Of a stretch of 55,139 nucleotides of DNA, positions 35,811 through 48,600 are shown piece after piece; the first letter of the stretch is position 1, and each line of letters opens with the position of its first letter. The notes beneath the pieces were generated by a model. That model had not been told where the DNA came from and did no database searches. It saw nothing but the letters and a program-made list of their open reading frames with translations. A program made the position numbers and the translations under genes. The DNA is taken from the NCBI RefSeq assembly GCF_006345805.1, contig NW_021835297.1, positions 1 through 55,139 of the forward strand. The letters are read 5' to 3'. Origin of the DNA: Octopus sinensis. Taxonomy: Eukaryota.

Positions 35811-36546
35811 GGATTACAAATGGTTTAGTTTTCAATTGTAGGTTGGAATAATCGATAGAGCGGCAGATTTGATACTGTGGTCTTTACTCTTATGTCCCTT
35901 TTCGTTTTCTGTTCAAATTATACCAAAATCCATTCTACATTTTTCCGTATACAAAAAGTACTTCTTGTTGTTTAGTCCATGATAAGACTTGATCAGAGAG
36001 AATTATGATTAGAAGTATTCCAACCGTGACTATCACGTGCTATAGTTTTAGGCATGATGTATCTAGGACTACTAAGTATCCTGTGTGTCTTGCCCATTTA
36101 TAAGACAACAATGTGTGAGATGAGTGCTCGGGTGGGTCATTCGGGTATCAGTGAAATAATGGGGTAGAATTAATTGTTAACCTTCATACCATCCCATTCA
36201 AGCAATGTCCACTTTGTCTTTCACTCATCAGGGACATAACAAGCAAATTCTGCAACTTATTACGTTGTCTATATTCCACCCGAAAAGTGTTTTTGGGTTC
36301 CAGTCTGTGTAAGACATAATGGTTTGGTTTAGCAGGATCGTTTGCGCGGCGGACAAAATGATTAACATTATCTTTTGTGGCTCTTTACGTTATGAGTTCG
36401 AATCCCGGCAAGGTCGATTTTGCCTTTCATCCTTTCGGGGTCGATAAAATAAAGTACCAGTGAAGTACTGGGTCGAGGAAATCGACATACCCCTTCTCCT
36501 GAAAATTGCTGACCTTACGCCAAAATTTGAAAGCATTATTATTATT

Positions 36547-36923
36547 GAGAGAGCAGTGCATGCCATCACGTGCAAAATATACGAAGCTCAGCATATCATC
36601 ATGACTACCCATCTGATAAGGGTAAATCAGCGCATGACCTACCAGGTGGGGCCCAGTTAGAATTTTCTTCAGATCGAATAGCCCATACCGCTCCAAAAGG
36701 TCCCAGAATAAGGGTTGGTTAAGGATGTTGAACAAGACACCCATGTTTCCAGAGGTGAATTATCCAAACCCCAAAGAATCCCTCTCAACACATGGCTATG
36801 ATGCTCCCCCACTACTTATGCCCGTGATCAGAGATGCACATATCGTCAGTCACCAAGGAACATGCTCAACTGGTTAAGGTCAAACAACTGACAAGCAAAT
36901 CTGTTTTATACCAAGACAAAACA
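36547..36923 (-). mobile_element. Family D repeat with internal deletions
   Basis: Homology to the other D copies; TTA on both sides. Confidence 0.8.
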
Positions 36924-36937
36924 ATGTATTATTATTA

Positions 36938-36990
<53 letters not shown>

Positions 36991-37070
36991 GTTGTTGTTG
37001 TTGTTGTTGTTGTTGTTATTGTTGTTGTTGTTGTTGTTGTTGCTGTTGTTGTTGCTGTTGTTATTATTAT

Positions 37071-38195
37071 TGTATGTTTGACTTTTGCTTTACATTTGTA
37101 CAAGTTGGCTCCTAGTTTCACCCAGAGATCTCAAGAGACAACAAGTTAGAGGTTCATGCTGGTGTTATGTCTAGGGTGCCATATATTTGGTTTTGTACAT
37201 AGTGTTGTTCTAGAGAATGTTTAAGAAACCATAAGAAAATTATGTGCTTGTTTTAAAATTTGAGATTACATAGACAGTATTTTACGTAGGATATGAGCAG
37301 TTCCAATGAGCACTATCTTTTGAATTTCTGGTATTATTCCTAGGGCACCTAAGACAACAGGTATTGTTTTAGTCTTCAGGTTCCACATTTTGCCAATTTC
37401 TATTTCAAGATCTTTATACTTGCTCAGTTTTTGACAGATACATTTATGCCGATCGGGACAGTCATATCAATGAGGAGGCATGACTTTTATCTGAAGTCTT
37501 TCAATATAATGTCTGGTCTATTTGCATCTATCTTTCTGTCAGTTTGAATGTTGAAGTTCCAGAGGAATGAGATGTGATCATTTTGAAGCACTGGAGGTGG
37601 TTTGTGTTCCCACCGGTTTTTATAAAGAGGCAAGTCCAAGTTTTAGCGAATTACCCAGTGAATATATTGTGCAGCTCTATCATGTCTGTTAAGATATTCT
37701 GTAGGCGCTACAAGACTGCACATGGAGACAACATGATCAATGGTTTCATTTCGTTGTTTACATACACGACATGTTGGGAAGCTGCCGTTCTTTAATATGT
37801 TGGCCTGGTAGTTTTTTGTAGGTAGGCATTGATCTTGGGCTGCTATGATAAACCCTTCTGTTTCTGATTTTAAAGCCAGAAAACACTAACCATTGATGGG
37901 TGAGGCCCTTGTCAACATTGGCTTTATTAGCTCTCTTTGGATGTTTGCCATTGAGAGGTTTCTCTTGCCATTTATCATTCAGAATATCTAAGGCAGCAGT
38001 TTTAGCACGGGTTTTCATACGCCTAGCTTTTTCTGTGCTCGTTTCTAGTACGTCTAATTCTGGAATTTGTTGTATTTGGAATTCACTTAGGTATTCTTTT
38101 GCCTGTTTTGTTACTGAGTTACTGATGCTTTCTTGTTTTTTATGCTTTAAGATAAGTTTTAACATCCAGTCATCAGAGTTTTGAATATATTTATC
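37071..38195 (-). mobile_element. 5'-truncated R4/Dong-type LINE in (TAA)n
   Basis: KWQEKPLNGKH; SETEGFIIAAQDQCLPT; CRVCKQRNETIDHVVSMC (CCHC); RHDRAAQYIHW; NFNIQTDRKIDANRPDII; KTIPVVLGAL; a few frameshifts and stops; TTA/TTG and TTA tracts flank. Confidence 0.93.
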
Positions 38196-38335
<140 letters not shown>

Positions 38336-38686
38336 TATAAGTTGTTTTTCTTTTACATTTTTACTCTCTTCCCACACATTGTCTGACTGTGGAAGATTAC
38401 TTCAGTTCCGTCCTATAATGAATGGTAAATAAGAAACGGATAACGGAAACTTCATTTCCGATTTGTAAATATTATTGTAAACGGGTGTACGTGTATATAA
38501 GTAGGGTGGGTGAGATTTAGGCTTTGTGTATTTGGATTCAGGCAGGTATATGTACGTTTACACACACCTGCCTATGGAAGGCCTGAATCTATCATAAAAA
38601 TCAACGACTGTAATAACAACCGTTTAGAAACATTTCTGCCTCATAACCTCATACAGTGGCCAACGCGTATGTATAGTTATGTATGT

Positions 38687-39058
38687 GGAGGCACAATGGC
38701 CCAGTGGTTAGGGCAGCGGACTCGCGGTCGTGGGATCGTGGTTTCGATTCCCAGACCGGGAATGTTTATTGAGCGAAAACACCTAAAGCTCCACGTGGCT
38801 CCTGCGGAGGCAAGTGGCGAACCCTGCTGTACTCTTTCACCACAACTTTCTCTCACTCCTTTCTGTTTCTGTTGTACCTGTATTTCAAAGGGGCCAGCCT
38901 TGTCACACACTGTGTCACGCTGAATCTCCCCGAGAACTACGGTAAGGATACACATGTCTGTGGAGTGCTCAGCCACTTGCACGTTAATTTCACGAGCAGG
39001 CTGTTCCGTTGATCGGATCAACTGGAACCCTCGTCGTCGTAACCGACGGAGTGCCATG
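38687..39058 (+). mobile_element. SINE family C (tail 1), full length with 14-bp TSD
   Basis: ATAGTTATGTATGT at 38673-38686 and 39059-39072; A box TGGCCCAGTGG, B box GGTTTCGATTCC. Confidence 0.95.
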
Positions 39059-39604
39059 ATAGTTATGTATGTATGTTTTATACAAGTTCTTAAAAGATTT
39101 CTAGTCAGTCGCTAACAAATCAAGACGTCTAGAGTTAAGAAAGTTCCTGGTGTTTGTAAATATGTAGTTTAGCAGGTATGTTGGTTGAACTGTCGACGCA
39201 CACCCTTGCTGTGCCCATCAACAGTCCATGTAAAGAATCTCAGACGGAGAATCAGGAATGTCTTACAAAGCATCGCTGTGCTGCTAATAGATTGGATTTG
39301 GAAAATGCGTGTCTGTTTCTTCGAAAAACCTATTATTTCTAGTTATTTTATCATTATTATTTCTTGAAATTATATATGTATGAATGTAGGAAGGATTTGA
39401 AGTTGAGCTATTATATGTATAAAAGTCTTTTGACTCTAGAATCTGAAAGATTGTCTGATTGTACACGAGGAGGCCATATGAGTTGGCCCAAATATTGTAC
39501 TATCGTAAGCATGAAACATGTAGTAGTTCTATGGTATGAAGCACCTGGTAGCTCTACGTAAGCATGAAACACCTAATAGCCCAGGGCTATAATTTTAAAT
39601 CTTG

Positions 39605-39647
<43 letters not shown>

Positions 39648-39851
39648 ATGTATATATGTAAATATATGTATATATATATATATATATACATATATATAGA
39701 CACACACATATATATATGTATATATACTATATATGTATATATATATATACATATATATATACATGCATATATAATATATGTATGTGTATTATATATATAC
39801 ATACATATACATACATACATACATATATAATATATATATATATATATATAT

Positions 39852-39894
<43 letters not shown>

Positions 39895-39896
<2 letters not shown>

Positions 39897-40250
39897 TAGC
39901 TTGCTTATCAACCACATGGGTTCGAGTTCAGTCCCACTGCATGGCATCTTGGGCAAGTGTCTTCTAACATAGCCTCGGGCCGACCAAAGCCTTGTCAGTG
40001 GATTTGGTAGACGGAAACTGAAAGAAGCCGGAATGTTTGCATGTCTGTCATTGTCCCACTGCCATCGTTTGACAACCGATGTTGCTGTGTTTATGTCCCC
40101 GTAATTTAGCCCTTCGGCAAAAGAGAGACCGATAGAATAAGTACTAGGCTTAGAAAGAATATGTCCTGGGGACGATTTCTTCGACTAAAACTTCTTCAAG
40201 GCGGTGTCCCAGCATAGCCGTAGTCAAATGAGCGAAAGAAGTAAAAGAAC
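39895..40250 (+). mobile_element. SINE family A
   Basis: Family A motifs, diverged 3' half. Confidence 0.85.
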
Positions 40251-40842
40251 AAAAAAAAAAAAAAAAAAAGAACAAGAATGATGTTTTCTGTCCCCCCGCC
40301 GTAAAAAAATAAAACAAAAAATAAAATGCCCCCCCCCCCAAAAAAAGAAACCTCTCCAAAGGAATCATGTGAACATTTGAAATTTTTGAAATGATGATGT
40401 TGATGATGATGATGATGATGATGATGAGTATGGTGTTTATAGTCGTAGTGGTGGTGGTGGTGGTGGTGGTGGTGGTGATGGTGGTGGTGATGGTGGTGGT
40501 GATAGTGGTGGGTGATTTTGGTGCCAGTCAGTAACTTCGTGTCAATTTGAAACATTAGTTGTAGGGGAAAGACGGGCGGCTGAAAGGAGTGACGCCCTCT
40601 CAAAGTTTAGGCAAACAACGCAGCAAACAGAAGCAGCCCCGCACTAAATTGTTTCAGGTTCGTTGTTCTGTTAGCATTAAAGGTTTCAACCGAAATCTCG
40701 ACCCCCTCCCCCACACGACACGTATACATATATGCATATACATAGATGTGTGTGTGTGCTTGTATATATATATATATATAAAACATATTTATGGTATATA
40801 CTATCTGCATATATATATCTGTATATATATATATATATAAAT

Positions 40843-40873
<31 letters not shown>

Positions 40874-41044
40874 TATATAATATATATATATATATGTATA
40901 CATATATAATATATACAGATATATAATATACCATAAATATGCTAATATATATATATATATATATTATATATACATACTATAATATGCTATATATATATAT
41001 ATAGATATATATATATATATTATATATATATATATATATATATG

Positions 41045-41188
41045 TAGGTCCCGGGTTGAGTCGGGGTTAACCACAGTAAATAAGGTACTCAATACATAGC
41101 AGAGTAAATTAATTTATTATATAGAAGGAGCTTCTACAGACTAGAACTGTTTCATTCAAAAGAAATCATCAGGAAGCATGAGCTTCCT
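41045..41188 (-). mobile_element. Short element in (TA)n with hammerhead-like motif (41141-41177)
   Basis: Minus strand cttc-CTGATGA-TTTC(TTTT)GAAT-GAA-ACAGT-T; core intact, stems weak. Confidence 0.5.
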
Positions 41189-41211
41189 ATATATATATAT
41201 ATATATATAGT

Positions 41212-41304
<93 letters not shown>

Positions 41305-41338
41305 ATGTTTGTATAAATATATATAAATATATATAATA

Positions 41339-42118
41339 GGCGCAGGCATGGCTGTGTGGTAAGAAGCTTGCTTCTCAACCACATAGTTCCGGGTTCTGTC
41401 CCACTGCGTGGCACCTTGGGCAGGTGTCTTCTACTATATAGCCTCGGGCCAACTAAAGCTTTGTGAGTTTGGGAAACAGAAACTGAAAGAAGCCCATCGT
41501 ATATATGCATGTATATATTTGTGTATTTGTGTTTGTCCCCCACCATCGCTTGACAACCGATGCTGATGTGTTTATATCCCCGTAATCTAGCGGTTCGGCA
41601 AAAGAAACCGATAGAATAAGTACTAGACTTACAAAGAATAAGTCCTAGTGTCGATTTGTTCAACTAAAAGCGGTGTTCCAGCATGGCCGCAGTCAAACGA
41701 CTGAAGCAGTAAAAGAATAGATATATACATATATAGGCGCAGGAGAGGCTGTGTGGTAAGTAGCTTGTTTACCAGCCACATGGTCCCGGGTTCAGTCCCA
41801 CTGTGTGGCACCTTAGGCAAGAGTCTTCTACTATAGCCTCGGGCCGATCAAAGCCTTGTGAGTGGATTTGGTAGACGGAAACTGAAAGAAGCCCATCGTA
41901 TATATGTATAGATATATATGCGTGTGTGTGTTTGTGTGTCTGTGTTTGTCCCCCTAGCATTGCTTGACAACCGATGCTGGTATGTTTATGTCTCCGTTAC
42001 TTAGAATAAGTACTGGGCTTACAAAAGAATAAGTCCCTGGGTCGAGTTGCTCGATTAAAGGCGGTGCTCCAGCATGGCCGCAGTCAGATGACTGAAACAA
42101 GTAAAAGAGTAAAAGAGT
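41339..42118 (+). mobile_element. Two head-to-tail SINE A copies (41339-41716, 41736-42118)
   Basis: Both start TATAGGCGCAGG; family A motifs. Confidence 0.9.
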
Positions 42119-42244
42119 ATATATACACACTCCTTCTTTATTCATTTAGTGGTTTCAGTCGTTGAACCGTGACCATGCTGGAGTAACACTTTATTTTTAT
42201 CTTCGTTTATTAATTCATCTCCTCCATTTTCTTTCAGCTTTGTT

Positions 42245-42445
42245 AACGTTTTACGACTGGGAATTTGTCTAGAATTGCATTAGTAGCAGCTAATCTTCAA
42301 TGAGTGTAACGTTCTATGGTTGGCTGGTCCGGTATTTCGGTTAGGAAATCATTTAATGATTCCTTGAATGTTTCCAGAGAATCCCTTTTGTCCTTCTGAT
42401 TTCTTTCGGTCAGCAGTTGACCACTTGAGGGTTTTCCTTGTCCGT
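42245..42445 (-). mobile_element. CR1/L2-like LINE 3' fragment
   Basis: SLETFKESLNDFLTEIPDQPTI followed by AATNAILD, typical C-terminal motifs of invertebrate CR1-group ORF2. Confidence 0.7.
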
Positions 42446-42474
42446 GACTCTGAAGAGGGCATGGGTGCAAGAAA

Positions 42475-42524
<50 letters not shown>

Positions 42525-42577
42525 TACATATGCACCGACAATATACTCACACACGTATGCACTTATTTATACACAGT

Positions 42578-42897
42578 GAAGACGCCTGGCTCAGTGGTTA
42601 CAGCGTAGGGCTCATAAACATGAGGTAGTGAGTTCGATTCCCGGACAAGGGTGTGTGTTGTGTTCTTGAGCAAGACACTTTCTTTCACGTTGCTCCAGTT
42701 CACTCAGCTGTGGAAATGAGTTGCGACGTCACTGGTGCCAAGCTGTATCGGCCCCTTTGCTTTTCCATGGGATAACATCAGTGGCGTGCAGAGGGGAGGT
42801 TGGTCTGTATGGTCGACTGCTAGTTTTCCATAAAGCAATCTTGCCCGGAACTTTTTAGGGGCAGTCCCATGGTCATTCATGACCGAAGGGAGACTAT
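42578..42897 (+). mobile_element. SINE family G (tRNA head, CORE-like CTTGAGCAAGACAC)
   Basis: TGGCTCAGTGG A box, GAGTTCGATTCC B box; single copy in window. Confidence 0.8.
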
Positions 42898-43127
42898 CCG
42901 TCCGTATGCATGCATGTATGTCATCTTCTGTTTTCAATTATTTATGAGGAAGAAGCTGGTTTCTAACAAAAATACAAAGTTCCATCGTTAGAATATATAT
43001 AAAAGCAATGTCACATTTTAAATTTGAGAAAAGTTTTACAGAGTATATTTTTAATGTGCAAGGTCATTGATTTCTTGTTCTGAAAACCCTAGTTTAATCC
43101 AGATTGCCACTTTGTATATATGTATGT

Positions 43128-43480
43128 CTCTTTTACTCTTTTACTTGTTTCAGTCATTTGACTGCGGCCATGCTGGAGCACCACCTTTTAGTACTTATTC
43201 TATCGGTCTCTTTTTGCCGAACCGCTAAGTGACGGGGACGTAAACACACCAGCATCGGTTGTCAAGCAATGCTAGGGGGATAAACACACACACACAAATA
43301 CACACACACACAAATACACACACATACACATATATATATATACATATATACGACGGGCTTCTTTCAGTTTCCGTCTACCAAATCCACTCACAAGGCATTG
43401 GTCGGCCCGGGGCTATAGCAGAAGACACTTGCCCAAGATGCCACGCAGTGGGACTGAACCCGCAACTGTGTGGTTGGTTA
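43128..43480 (-). mobile_element. SINE family A with internal deletion
   Basis: Reverse complement of family A. Confidence 0.9.
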
Positions 43481-44211
43481 TGTATGTCTCTTCTACTTTT
43501 TAATTATTAGAAATCTTCCACTGAGGAGGGAGCCGGTTTCCAACAAAGATACAAGGCTCCATCTTTGGGATGTAGTTAACACAGACAAATTCTCATTTGG
43601 AACTTGAGAAAAGTCCACTCACATATTGCTTTTGTAGTGTACGGTCGATTTCTCTTTCCGAAAATCCCAGTTTATCCAGATTCTCTCTGAAGCATTTACT
43701 AACAAAACCCAGTGCTCCAATTATGCATATACGTACGTATGTATGTATGTGTGTATGTATACCGTTGACCCAATGACCAATTTAGGATTTGCGACAACAA
43801 TTTCACATTTTCCGATTAGGAAAACCGGAAATAAAAGAAATAAAATAATAAAGAAACTGCAATAAGAAACACTGCGAAAGAAAACAGTTGACTATAATAA
43901 CAGCAGCAGCAGCAGTAGCTGTAGTAGTAGTAGTATAATAGTAGTAATTATTAAAATAAGGTAAATTATGATGATAATGATGATGATGATGATGATATCA
44001 AAACAAAACATCCGGTATTTTTAAACTCACAGAGAAAGGAGTATACACGCACACACACACACACACACATATTATGTCTATATATATATGTATATATGTA
44101 TGTAAGTATGTGTGTACGGATACATACATACATGCAAGCATGCATACCTACATGCATGCATGCATGCATCCATCCATCCATCCATCCATACATACATACA
44201 TACATGCAATA

Positions 44212-44288
44212 AAAACAGCCGTAAAGTAAACGAGCTGAAGGCGGACCCATTGAGCGGTCGTTCACCATACTGGAGATAACCACCACAT
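44212..44288 (+). repeat. 77-bp segment with a perfect inverted copy at 45164-45240
   Basis: Base-by-base reverse complement identity. Confidence 0.95.
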
Positions 44289-44915
44289 ACCCCTCAAATC
44301 GCACCCTACCGTCTTCAAAACAGAAAGGCCAGATCAGAGCCTGTCAGTCCAGTTATATAGCACATTCTACTTCCTGAACTGTCGACTTAATATTTCATTT
44401 GCTTTAAGGCGGTGAGCTAGCAGTTTCAGTAACACGCCGGGCAATCTACAGCAATTTACAGGCTCTGAGCACATGGTCTATTCAATTTGCAAATTACGAC
44501 GCTGATACAAGAGAAACCACGAGAAAAAACGAGAAGAAAGTATAGCCATAATTAAGTTAGTTGTTGCAGAATAATTCAGCAGAGAGGAGTCCGGGGTCTG
44601 CGAGACAGTCGCTCAATTCTGAGAGGCTGGTGCCCTCCAATCCACCAAAAGAAATTTATCCATATGTATAAATTTATCCATATGAATTCTTAGATCTAAA
44701 AACAATATGCGATCTTTTAGCTACGCATAAGTTGCATCTCTTAGATCCATTAACATATGGCATGGATTTCTCTACGATTCTCTGCTGGATTATATTTTGG
44801 TGTACACAGAAGAGGTAGGAATGTGTTGGTGAATAACTTCTTGTCAGTCAGAAAAGATTATAATGCTTTTATATCTGGAGCAGCAGTGGCACTGTTTCAG
44901 ATGGGAAGAGCATTG

Positions 44916-45162
44916 TTAAATACTCGGAGAGAAATATATGGAAAATCAGTAAATGTCGGGGATTGAAGAATTTTCTGGTTCGAAAAAGAAAATCCAGTCT
45001 TTGTGATACAGCGCTTGCTTTGTTTGTCTTAAGGGATTCTTGTTTGTCTTTAGGGATTCTCAATGATGTTAAACCCGAGTAATTGTGGTAATATTCACAG
45101 TTCTTGTTATTCACTGTTCCTGCTTAACAAGTACGGGCAGGGTTCGATAATGTAGTAGAGCA
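44916..45162 (+). repeat. 247-bp direct duplication of 47504-47750
   Basis: Ungapped, offset 2588, roughly a dozen substitutions. Confidence 0.95.
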
Positions 45163-45269
45163 GATGTGGTGGTTATCTCCAGTATGGTGAACGACCGCTC
45201 AATGGGTCCGCCTTCAGCTCGTTTACTTTACGGCTGTTTTGATGTATTCGAAGTTTTGAGACGAGAGTG

Positions 45270-45328
<59 letters not shown>

Positions 45329-45449
45329 AAACACACAGATGTAGATGCAATGCGCCAGGATAATCCCTATATGATGTAGTTGATTGCTGATCGGTATGGT
45401 TGCAATGAATTTACCGCATATCACAAAATAAAATAACTGTGATACATCA

Positions 45450-46115
45450 TAACAATGGATGCTGGTTAAAGTTTATTAATTGACGGTGAGCTGTTTCGTG
45501 TTGCTACCACTTCATCAGACAGAGCGGTCTGTGTTGATAATAATAAACTGGTTGAAGTCAGGCAAACATAAATGGAAAACAATCGAGAAGGGGGTCATGG
45601 AAAAACTTGAAAACCCCGTCTCAACTATATCGTTCTCAAATGCGAAATACGTACCTTTCTATTCTAGCTTCCACCGTTTTATAGAGCAAGGTAAATTTTT
45701 GGTTTCTTAATGAAGTGGTTCTCTCATATTTACAGGTTTACAGCGGCGCTTGTATTTCTTCAAACCTGTCTTTTGTTTTTAAAAATATTTCGTTGATGTG
45801 TTTGGGAAATTGTTTTGGAGACATTCCACCGACTAATCTTTCTCTGTAGACGAATCGCGATTCGTCTAATCAATGTATTTTCGCATTGGTAGAAAGTTTT
45901 ATAAACAATATTGGCTCTTAAAAACGGTGCATGGCTGTTGTCTGTTGAAACGGTCACCTAACTGAACAGCGGCTAATTGTGGCATATTTCTTGGGATGTT
46001 ATTGAACTGGTGAAGAAGACAACTATCGTCATTGATCTTAGCCACGCCTAAATATTCTTACAGGAAGACCAAAATTAATGAAGTATCTTAAACAATTTTC
46101 GGTCTGCTCATCGTC
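45450..46115 (-). mobile_element. Decayed Penelope-like element 3' part (RT thumb, GIY-YIG, hammerhead)
   Basis: FINFGLPVRIFRR (NGYP-like); FLRANIVYKTFYQCENTLIRRIAIRL (resembles SNVVYKFTC.C..YIGRT.RRL); same-strand CTGATGA...GAAAC downstream. Confidence 0.75.
45485..45522 (-). ncRNA. Hammerhead-like motif of the PLE
   Basis: ctgt-CTGATGA-A-GTG(GTAGCAA)CAC-GAA-ACAGC-TC-accg; core intact, stems I and III imperfect. Confidence 0.6.
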
Positions 46116-46677
46116 GTTTTGCAGGTTGAGGTAAATCCCATTTTCGTTATCTCTTTCTCTTTCTCATGCTCTCTTCACCCCTTGCTCTCGCTTTCTCTCT
46201 CTCTCTTAATCTCTCTCTCCCCCTCTTTCTACCTTTATCTCTCTCTTTCTACCTTTATCCCTCCTGCTATCTCTGCCGCTATCTGCCTGACTAACTTCCA
46301 TAATCTGGTAACCTGTGCATATGTCCCCCTTTTCATGATATTCAATCTTTCCTTTCTCTCTTTCTCTTCCTCTAGTATTCTTCCTCTAATTCCCTTTGCT
46401 GTTATCTCTGTCACTGTGCCCATGGCTGATGTCAGCATCAGATAGGTGTGTATTTCACTGCCCTTCCTCTCATCGCACACATTCACATCACAAAATGTGA
46501 TCCCTATCCCCAATCGAGTTTCAGTCCCCCAACATTACGCCAAACACTACTTCATCTCATATGGCTTGCAGTGGATAAGTTCATTTGTAGTATTTTAGCT
46601 TTTATGGGTGACTGGAATCTGGGTGGGAAAATGTCCTCCTTTGCTTCCTTTACGTTGAACTGAATAACAGCCTTATG

Positions 46678-46983
46678 TGACCACGTGACCACGTGACCGA
46701 CCAGACCATCAGATGTTGTTACACATCGCTGGTCACAATGCGTTCGCATTGTTTTAGCCTTCGAATGACGCCACCCCGCTAGCTAAGCGAGCAGGCCAAC
46801 AGAAGAAAGAGTGGGAGAAAGAGTGGCGAAAGAGTACAGCAGGGATCACCACCCCCTGCCGGAGCCTCGTGGAGCTTTTTAGGTGTTTTCGCTCAATAAA
46901 CACACACAACGCCCGGTCTGGGAATCGAAACCGCGATCCTGCGACCGCGAGTCCGCTGCCCTAACCACTAGGCCATTGCGCCT
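46678..46983 (-). mobile_element. SINE family C (tail 2) with perfect 18-bp TSD
   Basis: CTGAATAACAGCCTTATG at 46660-46677 and 46984-47001; 3' end GGTCACGTGGTCACGTGGTCA. Confidence 0.95.
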
Positions 46984-47233
46984 CTGAATAACAGCCTTAT
47001 GCAGCCCTCAATTGTCAGAATTTCCATATGGAACTTGGGGAGAGAGTACTGCAGACTATGTCGTGTGATTTTTATGGCTTCTCCTAAATGGGACAGCACA
47101 GAGGCCTCGTCCTCGTATGGTGGTAACTCTGAACAATTAAACAACAGAGATCAATGTTCGCTACTTAAATTGTTCAGTGCTATGATGGTTCTGCCCCCAT
47201 CCTAGGTACTACTGGGCCGGTTATACGACTTCT

Positions 47234-47421
47234 GAGCGGTATTTCGTCTGCCGCTACGTTCTGAGTTCAAATTCCGCCGAGGTCGACTTTGCCTTTCATC
47301 CTTTCGGGGTCGATTAAATAAGTACCAGTTACGCACTGGGGATCGAATTATCGACTTAACCCGTTTGTCTGTCCTTGTTTGCCCCCTCTGTGTTTAGCCC
47401 CTTGTGGGTAGTAAAGAAATA
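47234..47421 (+). mobile_element. 5'-truncated SINE B (tail 1) with perfect 15-bp TSD
   Basis: GGTTATACGACTTCT at 47219-47233 and 47422-47436. Confidence 0.95.
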
Positions 47422-47750
47422 GGTTATACGACTTCTACTATCGGAATGTGAAACTAAGGTGAACGAGTCTTGGTATTTTGTGACACGGGTTGTGAAGTTT
47501 TATTTAAATACTCGGAGAGAAATATATGGAAAATCAGTAAATGTCGGGGATTGAAGAATTTTCTGGTTCGAAAAACAAAATCCAGTCTTTGCGATACAGT
47601 GCTTGTTTTGTTTGTCTTAAGGGATTTTTGTTTGTCTTAAGGGATTCTCAATGATGTTAAACCCAAGCAATTGTGGTAATATTCACAGTTCTTGTTATTC
47701 GCTGATCCTGCTTAACAAGTACGGACAGGGTTCGATAATGTAGTAGAGCA

Positions 47751-48040
47751 CACACACATGCACACACACCAGTCTTTTTTTTCAGTTTCTGTCTACCAGA
47801 TCTACTCATAAGGTATTGGCCAGCCTGAGGCTGTAGTAGAGGACACTTGCACAAGGTGCCATGCAGTGGGACCGAACCCATGTGGTTAGGAAGCAAACTT
47901 ACCAGACAGCTATGCTGCTTCTGATATGTGTGCGTGAATGTGTGTATGTGTGTGTGTCTGTGTGGTGTGTGTATGTGTGTGTGTCTATGTGTGTGTGCGT
48001 ATGTGTATGTGTGTATGGTGTGTGTATGTGTGTCTATGTA
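47751..48040 (-). repeat. Decayed SINE A half plus microsatellite, duplicated at about 53855-54250
   Basis: Shared private mutations and flank; offset about 6112. Confidence 0.9.
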
Positions 48041-48132
48041 TGTTTTGATGTATTCGAAGTATTAGGGGTTTTATTTAAGTAGTAAAACCGTGACATGGAA
48101 AGAAGTGCAGTATTCCATGACGGTTTTTCAAG

Positions 48133-48176
<44 letters not shown>

Positions 48177-48473
48177 TGTGTGTGTGTGTGGTGCGTGCGT
48201 GCGTGTGTGTTGAATTGTACATTTTCCTTTCCAGTTTTTTGTTCTATGTTAGTGGAGCGGGAATGTTAATGCCCACGGCTGGTATGAAAGAGAGTTGAGC
48301 AAAGGAAGTTATCGTTGAGTATGTTGTGGAAAATGGAATTAGTCAGGTTATGAGTTTTTAGTAAAAGGGCCGAACAATGTGCTGGACGGTAGAGGCATCA
48401 GTGCTTGTCTTCGATGCGGAGGTCATACTTCAATGGAGTATCTTCTGCTGGCATGAAATTCATCGTTATCGAG

Positions 48474-48600
48474 CATGGGTTCTCAAAGTGTGCGCTACCG
48501 CCCCCGGTGGGCGTTCAGACGGTCCAGGTGGGCGTTGGTGGCTAAGGAGGGACACTGAATTGAGGGACGTTATGAATTTATTATAATATTATTATAATAT
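48474..48600 (+). mobile_element. hAT-like 5' end fragment
   Basis: CATGGGTTCTCAAAGTG resembles a CAGGGGTTCTCAAA-type TIR; similar fragments at 24669 (CAGTGGTTCCGAAAG), 18865 (CAGTGTTTCCCAAC) and about 25420 (TTTGGAGACCACTG). Confidence 0.45.

Noticed and set aside
38687-38770. SINE heads as functional tRNA genes
   Set aside because: A and B boxes are present but there is no complete cloverleaf, and they continue into SINE bodies with TSDs
46125-46130. 6-nt microexon candidate TTTTGCAG|GTTGAG|GTAAAT
   Set aside because: Lies at the edge of a PLE remnant, no host gene identified, expected by chance
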